Assembly (NCBI GenBank): GCA_030704615.1
Contig: CM060731.1
Location: 67,704,001 to 67,768,000 of the forward strand
DNA length: 64,000 nt
Origin: Takakia lepidozioides
Taxonomy: Eukaryota > Plantae > Bryophyta
Direction: 5' to 3'
The position numbers and the translations under genes are program-made. The first letter of the stretch is position 1; every line of letters starts with the position of its first letter. The notes under the pieces were generated by a model that was not told where the DNA came from, ran no database searches, and worked only from the letters and a program-made list of their open reading frames with translations. Positions 37,601 to 51,102 of this stretch are shown here, in pieces.

Positions 37601-40600
37601 TATATTCTTCTGGCATCCATGTACTTCAAACTCATGCTTATTAGCCCCAGTGCCAATGCCTTCCTCGCCCCCGTTGCAGCTGCCAGCTGCTTTTGTACTC
37701 CACTGCATCCACTCACACATTCCCCATAGGACTTATGTGACTGAACTTCACATATCCAGTAAATGAACTGAATCTGCTACTTTGGAACCAACAACTGCTC
37801 TGTACGCTAGCAGACCGTTCATCTTACCTGTAGAGAAGGTCCAAGACGAGCGGTACACTCACGAAGTAATCAGGTGGGTACAACACCAAGTCCACCTGCA
37901 TTGTCACAGACTTCCTCAGCTCAGGCTTTCAATGGCATGGCACTGGATTCATCAGCTCTCCCTTCTCACTTGAGGAGGAAAGACAAGAGGGCATCCAGAA
38001 GCTCACATATGTGGTGTACCTTCATTGTCTTCACATTGGTATACACATGATTGATGCCACGGGAGAGAGAAAAGTACTCCAATGAGCGTTCATACATGTG
38101 CCAAGGAGGTAGAAGGCTAAGAAACCTGTCGCCAGGAGCTGGCTGTATTACTGACCAGAGATTAATCACCTGCTTGATACACATAAATGAGACAGAAGAA
38201 CCAGTCAGCCACATTACCGGATAACACTGTGTACTTGCCTCAGTGCCAACCACACTCATGGCCACCCAAGCTAATTCTAGAATGTCATTAAGTTTCTCTT
38301 GGTGTGTATAACCGCTCTCTGTGGTCAGAAGAAGTGCTCTGCTGTGCATGCAATAGTCCTGGAAAAATTGGTTAATCCTGAAGCTTCAAATTCTCCAATC
38401 CAGATTTCATTTTACCGTGATGAAATAAGCAATGGGCAATTTTAGAGTATGTGAAAAAATTCCCACTTTGATCGAATGAATTAGTGAAAGGCACAATGAT
38501 CAGACAGGGGACCTGATGGAGGAGGTTGGAATGGGTGAGCATGACCCCTTTGGGATTGCCAGTGGTGCCGCTTGTATACACTAGTGTTGCCACGTCATCA
38601 GACTGTATCACATCATAGTGCATTGTCTCACCTGGCAACATCCATATGACATGACAAAATCCAACGGTTCTTCAAGACCCAGCACCAAAGCCTTTCTCAA
38701 TTTCACAAATAGAAAAGGACAAGTCCTGTGCTAATCTGGATACTACCCTTATTCCTCCCACATATTATACACACCAACTGGGATGAGGTGGAGAGGGAAA
38801 GAAAAAAGGAACAAAGAAGAGCGCAAAAAGAAGGAATTTTTTTTATGATATCCCCTAGAGTTCAAAAGACTACTACAACTTACGCCAATGGAAAAAGACA
38901 GACCTGAGCTGATGGCAGCAGACAGAGCCTGACGGCTTGTGTGCCCAATTGCTAACAATTCATCATAAGTATAGATGGGAATGTGTTTCATCAAGTCATT
39001 GCACAGAGAGGACTTGGCCCCCCACAGCAGCACCACAAATTTGATATTGAAATTAGTCTTCAGATGTGGGGCCAGCTTGTTAAAAAGCTCTGCATTATCA
39101 ATAACCAGTGCCGCGCTGCACAGTAATAGCCAACACTCTCACTTCTCAGGAGATCTTTTGTCCTAGCCTTATATTTCAAGTGGGGCTCGCCCAATATCAA
39201 ACATCATGGAGAAAAAAAATCGAAACATATCATGCACATACTGAAATGGACACCATATACTGCCTTCACATGTAAGAAAATCCCAAAACAAGAACCCAGA
39301 ACAACGAGAGAAGAACGAAAGATGAGCTACGTACAGCGTCAAGGAAAAAAATGAGAGAGGCAGAAGATAGTTGAAAGCAGGGAGCAGATATAAAAGGAGA
39401 ATGAGAGTCTGTGAAGAGGACAGAAAAAGCAACCTATCAGAGTGTGAGTAGATGTGAAGGAGCTCCTCCGCAGATGACCTTGACCCTCTCACAGCATCCA
39501 CTGCACCTGCCGCCATTATGCCTGTCATGCAACATGTATAGGCAGTCAGATGACCCTAAATGCAGATTGGTGACCAGATCCACAATCTCTCTGGCAGCTC
39601 ACTTGCATGAAGCACTTCATTTTTGGGCGCTGATAGTGCTTTTTGATGTGATCTTTCTTATTACTCTACTTTGTGCCATGGGCCCTCATGGCTCCCTATG
39701 GAGATTACTAGTTCCATTCTGTTGTTCTCTCGTGTTCCGCTCAGTTTGAGCAGGGTCAATGGCCACAAGGCTATGGCAAACAACGTCTTATGAGTACATT
39801 CTCTCTTTTTCTGTTCGTGTGGGAAAAGGGCCAAGAGTTGTCTGGGTACATGTGCAGAGCAGTCACAGGTAAAACCAAGTGCACAGAATAAGGGTAGAAA
39901 ATTGAAGGAAAAGGGTCGGTTGGCTCAGGCGAACTGCACACCTTGGTCCGAAATCAGCCACCGGTGCGAATTGTCAGCAAAGAGAGCAACAGTCTGCTCC
40001 GGTTGAATCCCAGAAACTCGAAGCCCCTCAGCAAAGTCTAGGATGGCTTGCTCCAGCTGCAACCCGAAACAAGCAGAAGGTCACCTCCAGGAATATACAC
40101 TTGACTACAACATCACATTTCATAGCTCGTTCGGCACTAGAGGCCCGAAACTGAGTGATCACACCTGCTATACCCCAACATTGAGCTCTTTCCACACCTA
40201 TGACACCAGTTCCAGAATCTGAACTGTGGCCCTTAGAGGGCTGGAATTATGGGACGGGCGCACATCGAATTGATTTATGGTGACCTCGGAGCTTCCTTGA
40301 GAAAATCCAAAAGATCAAGAAAAGTCATGCAAGCCCTTTCCAATGGTAGCAGTTGTACTCCTGCATCTTAGTACGTTCTCTGTAAGTGTGAAGAGTCACA
40401 TTAAACAGAAAGAAAAGAAAAATATCACGTCCACCTGCAAAGATACTCGTTTCAGGAAGGCACGGATGCAAGAGGAACGAGACGAGGGGAAACCAACCTG
40501 ATTGAAAGTCATTTGGGAGGGCGGGTGGTGGTGTGGATCAACCAATGCCACACGGTCCCCGTATTTAAGAGCTGATGTCCTCCAAATGTCAGGAACTACC

Positions 40601-41590
40601 CTCCATTGCGCGTCTCCTGCCTCACTACCAGCACCCTCTAGGAGCGAGGGTGCACACTTCCTCTTTCCTTCAACATACTGTTGAGTCTGCATGATTCAAG
40701 CCTTTCTTCAGCTGTAATTCATGACAGAAGATCTCTGCAGCCACTTCGAGGTTTTCTGTTGGGTGGAGTACACCCCTAAATGCAGTACATCATTGCACAT
40801 GTAACCAGGACAACCAGCACTCAGTAGCATGAATAGGATAACAAGCTCCAAAATAAGTCAGTTTCAAAGTTTGGATTTCCTGGTGCAGTCGCATTTTGTC
40901 TCTCCATAGGTAAAAATGCAAAGGTAGAGCGCCACAAATTGAGTGCTAACTAGTGCATGCAAATAACAACCTCCTTTAACATTCTCTACATTTAATGGTC
41001 TTCTTCTCTGGAAATGATGTCTACTGGTGAGAACAAGAAAACTTTGTGAAGCCATGGTTGAATGCTCACCAGATGTATCCCACAATCTACTAAGTATCAG
41101 ACCTTTGAACCATTCCCTTTCAAATTCAAACTCCAGATATCATACGAAAGTTGTCAATGAGTTGATCACCTACAACCAACCTCTACAAGGAATTCCAGTG
41201 TGCAGATGCTGCTGGTACCGACAAACAATAGACCCGAATTTCCAAGTTCAGTGACTAGACTCCTTTATCCAAATTATCAGATTCCACCTTCACTTGCATA
41301 CCAGGAAATTATCAGGAACTCAACTACCCAGTGCTTCCATTTGGTTCAAACCTTGCGAGAAAACCCAAACCGACGATTCAAAGGCTCCCAGCACATTTTA
41401 CCTCGAGCGCACACCGCATAGTGCCTAGCTGCAGAGGCCACCAGCACTGTCGAGACAATTTCTGTGACCCAAACTCCCACTCACTACTTCTACGACTACC
41501 CAATGAAACCCACGTACTCCCTCGCCCAGAAATCCCCGCACGCTGTACACATGCCTGCCATCGTACAGGATAGCAGAGCTCCATCGCCAT
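31696..41590 (-). CDS. Plastid acyl-activating enzyme / long-chain fatty acid-ACP ligase (AAE15/AAE16-like), multi-exon, apparently intact
   Basis: Transit-peptide-like first exon (41590-41402), then [94 protein letters not shown] and [15 protein letters not shown]...LYK*. All splice junctions I checked are GT-AG and in phase; the start codon is uncertain. Confidence 0.92.
33595..35530 (-). mobile_element. 5'-truncated RTE/RTEX-like LINE in an AAE intron
   Basis: [45 protein letters not shown] and a C-terminal CPLC..ED..HFL..C. It sits between AAE exons ...VLSTG and GENVEP. Confidence 0.9.
39754..39800 (+). mobile_element. Short 3'-end remnant of the same LINE family in another AAE intron, opposite orientation
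   Basis: GGTCAATGGCCACAAGGCTATGGCAAACAACGTCTTATGAGTACA matches the reverse complement of ~33599-33643. Confidence 0.8.
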
Positions 41591-43659
41591 CACCTGCTTG
41601 CTCAACTGACCAAATGCTGGCATACCCAAGTCTGAAATCACTGAAATCTCTCTCCTTCAATGCAAATGCAGACAATCCCCACTTACGCGCAGCCACCCTC
41701 GCCACCTTCTCACGCCTGTCTCTCTCACAAAGTTCCTTCCTTTATTATCTCTCGCTCATGAAACCTTCCAAGTGTGAATCCGAGTCATCGCCTCTCTCCC
41801 CCGTTTTGCCGCGTTACATCCTCCATGTCACCCATCTGTCACTCTGCCTCCCGAGATGTAACCTAGACGGAACCCCACTCATTTCTCTTGTTCCCTTCAT
41901 CCCCCTTATTACTAAAACACATCTGGGTTTGTTGAGATCCAAGTGGGAGATTAGGCAGTTTTACAAAGGAGGCCTCCTCCTTAATTGAGCCATTGACCTC
42001 GGATGTCTAATGATTGAGCTTGAGGAGGGCGGTCCTGAAGTGCATTGACCTTGTGGTTGGTAGGTGGGGGCGGTTGGAGTGAAGAGCATGACACTTAAGT
42101 TCCATGGTGGGGCGGTCGACAAGAATGACAACCCTTTTCACGTGTTGGTTTTTGTGTCGGGCTACCGCTTCGGGCCATGGCAGCACTTGGGAATATGGCG
42201 TCCGTTTGACTACGTTCATTGCGGGCAGGCAGCAGTTGACTTGATAATATTATAGTGGGTTGGTGGGACCACCGAGCGCCGAGCAGCCTTGTTTAGCCTC
42301 AATCTGCCACGTCCACCGTGTGCCAGTGGGTCTCAGTGGGCCCAACGTATTCCCCACTTGTTTGGAACCCTACTCACATGAAGTAAAGTAAAGTAAAGTA
42401 AAGTAACCAAGTGACCTTAACCGTATATCATGAAAGTTTTTAGTTCCCAAGTAGGCAGATGTTACACACATTTCTTTATTGACCCTGCCAGACAGGGTCA
42501 CTTTGAATTTGCAGGTAGACCTAATTTTTGCAGATCTAATCTGATGGGGCCAACTCCTGAAGCTTTAATGACAAGGGATTTGCCTCGAGTATGATGAAAA
42601 AAAAAAAAAAAAAAAAAGCTTCTACCTACAAAAAATATCTTAGATCTCTCATTTACGTTTTGGGGCCTGAAAAGGACTTGTTGACCGCTGACGTGGCAGG
42701 TAAACAAGCCCAAAACAGATTACACTCCAAAGGCCATTTTTGGCATAAAATTAGCAATTTTGGAAAAAGCACTTCACCTTGTGGTGTGTGAGCATTACAT
42801 ACACACATCCACCATTGGCTTTTAAAAAATTTGTAGAAAAAAAAGTACTTCATTTGGAGGCACATTTTCTCTTGTCAATTTTGAGATTTCAACCCCGATG
42901 TAATTGCATGAATAGCAACCATAGGTGAAAAAATCAGTTGGACCTGCAATTTAGTGGGGTCATAGCCAATTCCACTATTGATTTGGAAATGGTGGGTCTT
43001 GGGGCAAGCAAAATTGGATAGAGCTAGGTTTTGATTTGGTCAAACCAATTTCTTTCTCACTTTTTCTTGGGGACCTGATATTTGAGGTCCGGGCCAACGC
43101 TATAATCTCACAATTTCCACGGTGGACTTGGCTCCTTTTTTGGTATGTCATGCATAAATGAGTTGGGCCCATTGCTATAAGGCTGGAATATCTCGATGAT
43201 TTTCGGTAGGTTTCTAGGGGCAATTTACTGCAGCTGGGTACCCAAAAAAACAAAAAAGGGCTTGGGAACTTAAGGGTTAACCGTATATCATGCGTTGTTC
43301 CCATGAGACTTAATGGGAACATGAAAGATTTTAGTTCCCAGTTGGGCACATGTTACACTTCATATCAATAAAACAATGGCAGGGCCTCCGTGTATCTCAC
43401 ACCTTGTTTGACGTCCAGTGAATTTAGAGAGCCTACTCTGCAAGAGACAGCCCATTGAGGGGCCAATGGACGACATGTTCAAGGATTGAACCCAAGATCA
43501 CCCAGGTTATGCACAAGCAAGGCACAAGTACCCAACAGTCCTACCTTTCTAGGCGATATTCAGCCTAAAAGCACAAAAAATAATGGGCCCTATGCAGAAA
43601 ATGGGGCCCTCAAAACTAAAAATAGCCAGAAAGTGTGGGCAGTGGGTGCCAGAAAGCAC

Positions 43660-46620
43660 CATGCTACTTCAGGCGGAACCTTCTACTCTTACAACTGCTG
43701 AGAGCACTCTTAAGAAATTTTGTAGGGTCTCTGGCTTCTGGGTTAACTGGAGAAAGACCAAAGCCTTGCTTATAGGGGACCCTTCTATGTCTTCTATTTT
43801 TTTTCCCCCAACTGGAGAGTAGACCAAGGTATGGCCTGGCTTAAAGCAGGAGAACCAAGCACACTGTTGGGTCACATCTTCGGCCTGGACCTCACCGAGG
43901 AGCAAAGAATGGGGCCCATTCTAGTTAGGCTCAAGAAGGAGCTAGCGTTCTGGGGCTCTGTTCCTCTCCATCATCGGAAGAGCTCTGGCTGCCAACCAGG
44001 TTCTGTTGGCTGGGATCTGGTATTTTGCCTCTACTTGGAGTCCGGGCTCGAAGTTCATGAAGGAGGTGAAAAGATGTATCGGAAACTTTATCTGGAGAGC
44101 CCATTCAGACCTTCGAAACAAACGCCCACAAGTTTCGTGGTATCAGATATGCCTCCCTAAAAAATCAGGTGGGCTTGGACTGCTAGATCCAGAAATGCAG
44201 ATTCGGGCCCTCCTTGGCAAGCGGCTGCCAAGACTGCTGGGGCCCGAAGGAGGCTGGTGGAAATTGCTTGTAATAGGAACTATTGCCTCGTGCTCCCCTC
44301 TTCAAGGAGCGAATTGGGCCCCCTCTATCCGCTAGATCACTCAGGGATTTAATCACAAATCCCTGGGCTCTTTGCTCTGGAAATCAATTTGGTCTGCCTG
44401 GGATAAATTCAGACCCTTTCTCAGAAAGTAAGAACCTTCGTCCTTTCATGAGGTTCAGAAGCAACACTTCTTAAACTCAGCCATGCCCACCCCTCAAGAG
44501 AAGTGCCAGGCCAGAAGATGGGCCTCTTGTGAGACTAGAGGCATCTCCCAGATCTCCCACCTCTGGACTAGCACCCCGGAGTCTCTTACTACAGTTCTGG
44601 GTGCCAATAGGGCCTGCTCTGGCATACACCCCATCATGCAAACTGTTCCAAACCATTGGCGTGACATCCTCAGGCTTGGGGAAGGGTCCCCTTCACCACA
44701 CCAGTGGGTGACTACTCCCACCCTGGCCTCTAGTATTCTCTATATTACGGAGGTGCACTTGCCAGCAATTACAGGGTATGCGTTTGGGGCAGATTTGTTC
44801 TCGATCTTCCTTTCCCTGCTATCCTCAGATACTGTTACCATCCAGGCCAGATAGGTTGGCTCCTGCACAGATATGCCATTGGTCATCTAAATTCAGAGAC
44901 TTCAACCCCTCCCTCCCGATAGGGGAGACCATTCTCCCATGGTTGAGATGTAACTCTTTTGCTTGGATTGGTGGCCTGCCTCTCGGGCAGCTCCAGCAAG
45001 ACCCAGCTGAGTGGCAATGGGAATTTGAAGGCTCTCTACAGTCTTTCTTTACTTATTTTGCCAAGAAAGCTTACAGGGCTCTACTTCCACCCAAACCCTT
45101 GCTCAAGAAATGGAATGACAAGTGGGACCATTATTTTTTCAGGGACGAAAACTGGAAGTGCATTTGGGGCCTAATCTGGGAGAAAGCTAAACCATCCAAA
45201 ATTAGCGCTTTCTTATGGCAGATTGCGAACAAGGTCCTAAGGGTCAGGCTATTTTTGGACTGGCAAAGGAACACCTTATGTGGCTGTTGCACTACACCCA
45301 CTGTGGAAACTATGGAACATTGCCTCCTACAATGTATGGGCCCCTTGGCCATTTGGCCATTGGCCTTACACTTCTACTATGCATGGGAGTGTATTGCTTC
45401 AGACCCAATAGTTCTCCTTCTGAACAATAAGAAAACAGGGAAGACCAGGGCGATTGGATGTCCAGTCTTTGAGGGGGATTGCTAAACCGTGAGCAGAATT
45501 CTGCTCACGCTTCTGGATGTGCTCACCTATAACCGCGGACACCTATTCGGCTTAGAAGACCTATTACTGCGGGTAGTGTCCAGTATAACATGCATACAAT
45601 TCATCGTTATGGATGAATGACGGATGAATGATGAATGAATGGGCGATGAATGTATGTTGGACGAATGGCACATGGATGAATGTAATTTGTGGTTGAATGC
45701 AAAATTAAAAAGCATTTTTGAGTAGTGGTTGCCAAATCCCCCGAGCTCCAGAGTGAATATCTGCCAACTGCAGAGGGTCATGGTTGTTTTTTCACCAGGT
45801 ATCCTAATCGAGAGAGATGCTGACACCCAATTGCAAAGAAGGTGGAGAGGCTGTTTGGTGCTTTAATAGAAATTGTTTGAAAACAGCCGATTCATTCCGA
45901 CGAAGAATATCCACTGCTACTGGAGTCGGAATCCAAAACGAAGGTACACGTATTTAAACTCAACAAAACATGAATTCATGCGCACATGCTGATTGGTAAG
46001 GATACATGTTGTTGCAGTCATCCATGGTTCACTCATCTAGGCAATTTTTCATCCGATACTCTTCCAATGTTCATCCATTCTTTTTTACATTCATCCGTCA
46101 GTTTTTCATCGCACATTCGTGCCACATTGTCGTCATGGAGCCTGTCTGTCTTCGATCTGATGGAGAGAAGATTGCGTCGTTGCAGTGGAGTTTGTGTCCG
46201 CGGCAATAGGCCCACTTGTTCCCTCGCTTTTAGGGTCTGCATCAATAATCTGCTCACGGTTACAATCTGCTCACGCTTGGGGGAATCTGCTCATGGATAA
46301 GGGAATTTGCTCACGGGTTTTGCTCACGCCTTTGTTGCCCTGGTCTTTGAGGTCCTCCGCTCGGCCACTCTATGGCATATTTGAAAAGCCAGATGCAGTT
46401 GGGTGTTGGACAATCAAAATTCATCTCTGTCAAAGATCCTCACTCTGGTCTTCAATGACCTCACCATTGCTGCTAAACTTGCCTGGGCAAAATTGGGTGC
46501 AGAGTACAATAAGCGCCCAAAATGTGGTCCTGCACTCCTCACCTCTTTCAGGCGCACTTGGGGGAATCGGGGGCTCATCTACTCCTGCATTGACATCGAA
46601 AATAATGCAGTATAAACAAC
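43660..46620 (+). mobile_element. 5'-truncated L1-type LINE (decayed ORF2), interrupted by a MITE
   Basis: FCRVSGFWVNWRKT, VSWYQICLPKKSGGLGL, KISAFLW, ETMEHCLLQC and LWHI*KARC. Confidence 0.85.
45474..46342. mobile_element. Non-autonomous relative (869 bp) of the ParB-MTase transposon
   Basis: 9-bp TSD GTCTTTGAG at 45465-45473 and 46343-46351. Ends are GGGGATTGCTAAACCGTGAGC and GCTCACGCCTTTGTTGCCCTG, with multiple GCTCACG motifs. Confidence 0.88.
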
Positions 46621-47950
46621 AAATGACACACGATGATGGAGGACCCACCACTGAATGAAGGTAAATAAATTGGAGTTTTGGAATGTAATATGATAAACAA
46701 TTTGATTGAATGGATCTTGAATTTATTGAAATGATGAAATCTGAGGTTGAGAACATGATAGAATATAGTATTATACATTATATATTGATTTATATTTTAA
46801 GTATTTAATACATTATATTATTATAGATCTATTTTTAAATTTTTCTAATAAAATTGTTAATATAAATAGTATATTTGAAAGCTTTGAAGTTTTTAGATGT
46901 AATATGATAGATAACTTGATTGATTAGATTTAAGTTGGAATGATAATCTGACATTGAAAGCATGATATAAATTGATAATATATTTATTCCTATAATATAT
47001 AATATATCATTATGTTTATATATATATATAATAATTTTAGTTCTCTTAAATAAATATTTTAGTATGTTCATTTATAGAAATAATATAGATGTTTAATATT
47101 TTAAATTTGAAATATGAAAATGTAATGATAAGATATAAAGTGATATGAATAAATAATTATGTAGCAAGTAAAAACAACACATGATTGTAACTGATAATTT
47201 GATTTATGATAATGGATGGAATGATAATTGACTGGTTGATGGATAGAATGATAGCTGATTTATGTAGTGACGTCGTTAGGTTAACTAGATTTTAAAATAC
47301 ATCTATTTATTATTATTAATTTATTAAATTTAATATAAATATTTGGTTTTTATATACTTATTTATATTATATTTATAAATATATTATTCTGATATAGTTA
47401 AATATTTATAATCTCTAAGTTGTATATACTATATTGATATCATGCTTCAACTGGCATAATCCCAGTGTAATGAATTTTGATGATTTCTTGGAAATATAAG
47501 ATAATGTTTTTGGTAGTTATCTGATAGTGTGTCTAATATGTTAGAAGAAGAGAAAACAAAACGAAACGAAAGAGAAAGAACGAAGAGAAAAAATGAAGAG
47601 AAAGGAAGAAGGGAAAGTTTTATTCCGCTGAGCAACTCATACAGAAATACAAAGAACAAAGATAAGAAAGAAACATAAACAAAGACAGAAAGTGAAGAAT
47701 TAGGAGACATTTCTATTTTACAGAAAGAACAAAGCAACATAAAACACAAAAAAGAAAAGAAGAAAAACAAACAAAGAGGAAAGAAAACAAAACGAAAGAG
47801 AGAGAACGAATAGAAAGTTTTATTCCGCTGAACAACTCACACAGAAATACAAAGAACATAAATCAGAAAGAAACATAAACAAAGAACAGAAAATGAAAGA
47901 AAAAAACAAATGAAGGCTACTGAAGTCTGAGAATAACTAAGAGACAGTTC

Positions 47951-49470
47951 ATTAGGGGCGCCCTAAGGAGTCCTAAGGGCAATTACAAGTAATAATTTAC
48001 ATCTTTCAATTTTCCCCTTTTTAGGACTCCTTAGGGCGGCCCTAAGGAGTCCTAAAGGCAATTATAGATAATAATTTATATGTTTCTATTTTCCTCCTCT
48101 TATAACCCATTAGGTTGTCGAAACGGGTCTTAAGGGCAATTATTTATGTCTTTCTATTTTTCTCCTCTTAGGGCTCCTTAGGACTGTCCTAAGAAGTCAT
48201 AAGGGTAATTATAAATAATAATTTATATGTTTTTATTTTCCCCTCTCTTAGGACTCCTTAGGGCAGTCCTAAGGAGTCCTAAGAGTAATTATAAATAATA
48301 GTTTATATATTTCCGTTTTTCCCTCTTAGGACTCTTTAGGGCAGTCCTAAGGAGTCCTAAGGGCAATTATAGATAATAATTATATATTACTATTTTCTCT
48401 TCTTAGGACTCCTTAGGGCGGCCTAAAGTAGTCCTAAGGGTAATTATAAATAATAATTTATATATTTTTATTTTCTCTTAGGACTCATTAGGGCCACCCT
48501 AAGGAGTCCTAAGGGCAATTATAGATAATAATTTACATCTTTCAAGTTTTCCCTTCTTAAGACTCCTTAGGACGGCCCTAAGGAATCATAAGGGCAATTG
48601 TAGATAATAATTTATATGTTTCTATTTCCCCCCTCTTATAACCCTTTAGGTTACCTAAACGGGTCTTAAGGACAATTATTTATATCTTTCCATTTTTCTC
48701 ATTTTAGGAATCCTTAGGACTGTCCTATGAAGCCCTAAGGGTAATTATAAATATAAATTTATACGTTTTTATTTTCCCCTCTCTTAGGACTCCTTAGGGC
48801 AGTCCTAAGGAGTCCTAAGGGTAATTATAAATAATAGTTTATATATTTCCGTTTTTCCCTCTTAGGACTCCTTAGGGCAGTCCTAAGGAGTCATAAGGGT
48901 AATTATAGATAATAATTATATGTTTCCATTTTTCCCTTTTATAACTCCTTAGGTTGCCTAAATGGGTCTTAAGGGCAATTATTTATGTCTTTCCATTTTT
49001 CTCCTCTTAGGACTCCTTAGGACTATCCTAAGATATATGTATATGTTTTTATTTTCATATAATTTATAAATTTCCATTTTTCCCTCTTAGGACCCCTTTG
49101 GTTCGCCCTAAGGAGTCCTAAGGGCAATTATAAATAATATATTACATCTTTCAATTTTTCCCTTCTTACTAAGGGTAATTATAGATAATAATTTATATGT
49201 TTCCATTCTCCCCTTCTTAAAACCCCTTAGGCTGCCTAAACAGGTCTTAAGGGCAAATATTTATATCTTTCTATTTTTTTTTTTCTTAGGACACTGTCCT
49301 AAGAAGTCGTAAGGGTAATTATAAATAATCACATATATATTTGTATTTTCCTCCTCTTAGGTGTCTTGAAGGAAATTATAAATAATAATTTATATATTTC
49401 TATTTTCTCCCTCTTAGGACTCCTTAGGGCAGTCCTAAGGAGTCCTAAGGGCAGTTATAAATAATAATAT
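47951..49470. repeat. ~60-bp hairpin satellite within an AT-rich island (~46650-50190)
   Basis: Unit is TTAGGACTCCTTAGG-n5-CCTAAGGAGTCCTAA (15-bp inverted repeat) plus an AT-rich spacer; more than 20 variably degenerate copies. Confidence 0.92.
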
Positions 49471-50234
49471 ATATCTTACTATTTTTTCTATTTTTAACAT
49501 AGGTACTAACACGTACAGGTTTATTTCAAAAAAAGATGTTGGTGCATTACAAATGGATGTATGAACGTCCATCGAAAATAAAGTTTTGTTTTAATTATAA
49601 TAAATGATGCTAACCTACCAATTTTGTCAGTACATACCAATAAATAGTATATGTGATTCATAAATATAATAACCAAAGTTAATACATTTATTATAGTAGT
49701 TCATATTTTTTTCTATTTCCCTTAGGAAATATTCTTTGCTTTTAGAGTTTTCAAGTCTGTCATGATCTCGCTTAGTCTCTTCCAACATTTCTGTACATCT
49801 TTCATAGTTTTTGACAATGTTGCCTGTAGTCCAACTCTCTTAATTAATTACAGTAGAAAGGAAAAATAGATTGAAATACTTAGAATCAGATTGTTACACG
49901 TCCGATCTTTAGATGTTTAGAAAATGAAAGTGAGATTGAATGTTGTGTGATAGATTTTTGAGTATATATATATTATATATTATATACTTGATTGTTACAT
50001 GTTTAAGAGCATTGTGCAGTCATAAGGGAGTGGTTGTATAAAAGTTTAATTTTGAATATTATTTTTATTATTTTGAATAGTGAATATCTGTTGATTTAAT
50101 TCGTACAATAATATAACTTTTAATGATTCTAATTTAGATTATGACTAAAAAGATGAATACTAAAAATAACTAAAAAAATGATTAAAATATAAAGATCGGA
50201 CTCTGCACAATTCCCTCCAAAGGCTTGTGAAGCC

Positions 50235-50775
50235 TGATTCCGGCGCTATGGGTTTGTTCCCCTTCTTCTACCGGACTTGACCCTATCTGGGGAATGTAGT
50301 TGGTAGAAGGGCCTGGCAGATAAGACAGAATATTGCTAAGAGGACGCCACAAACTCAAACCTCCAACACTTTCATCCAACCACTCAAGCACACCGTTATG
50401 CCCAACGTACGCTCGCGTAAGACTCAAAAGGCACCACCCTCACTGCCACGGCAATGAGGCTTAAATAGTATTAGCTCATAATCTAATCCTAGTGCCATGT
50501 GGCACTTACACATAGGTCCACCAAATGTCCTTCCAGCATAGCCATAGAAAGAAGCCAGATCACCCAGTCTCATCCTAATCTGATCCTAAACTAGCTGTTA
50601 GAATAAGACAGCCCCTAATAAAGCCATCGGCTGTTGCCAGCTCATCCTCATGTGCAAGGTGTAAGTCCATCCAGCCTTCATCCTGGCTTCGTCCATCCCT
50701 TAAATCATCCGGAGCGCATCCCTCCTCCATCCATCCATGTCGAAAAGTAAGGTGAGAAGGAATCCCAGCTCCACA
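50235..50775 (-). repeat. 3' LTR of the gypsy family
   Basis: Colinear copy of 28229-28769, downstream of the integrase on the minus strand. Confidence 0.9.
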
Positions 50776-51102
50776 TATGTAAAGCCTGCTGGGGCCACAA
50801 GAAACTGCGAGCTCCTGCGAGTGATGAGCTCAGGGAGAACAAAAATGAAGCCTAGCCAAAACAAGCTACACACCCGGCACACAAGGGATGAAAAAACCTA
50901 GGGAAGAAAACCTCACCCTGCAAGCTGGGTGGAGGACAAAACATCCCATAGGAAAAACCCCGAGTGTTACAAACGGTGTAGAAAACTAGCATGAAATTCA
51001 AAACACTACTCTAAAGAAGAGGATGCCATGTTGTGAGTGCGAGTTGCCCGAGCTGTGGGAGTGAAGATCACCTGACGGTTCTCAACATTCAAACAGATGA
51101 GA

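Noticed and set aside
37020-37680. Frameshifts in the AAE gene at G/C homopolymers
   Set aside because: Counting the runs (8 and 5 nt) keeps SGGGS and TGARK in frame.
42405-43360. Small element bounded by ~50-bp direct repeats (ttaaccgtatatcatg...tagttccca...atgttacac)
   Set aside because: The repeats are imperfect and I could not define termini or a TSD.
47951-49470. CRISPR array or telomeric repeat (TTAGGG-like words)
   Set aside because: Spacers are homologous, and TTAGG occurs only as part of the palindrome, not as tandem telomere repeats.
28765-50240. The two LTRs bounding one element that contains the AAE gene
   Set aside because: The PBS and internal domains lie outside this interval, so the LTRs face away from it.
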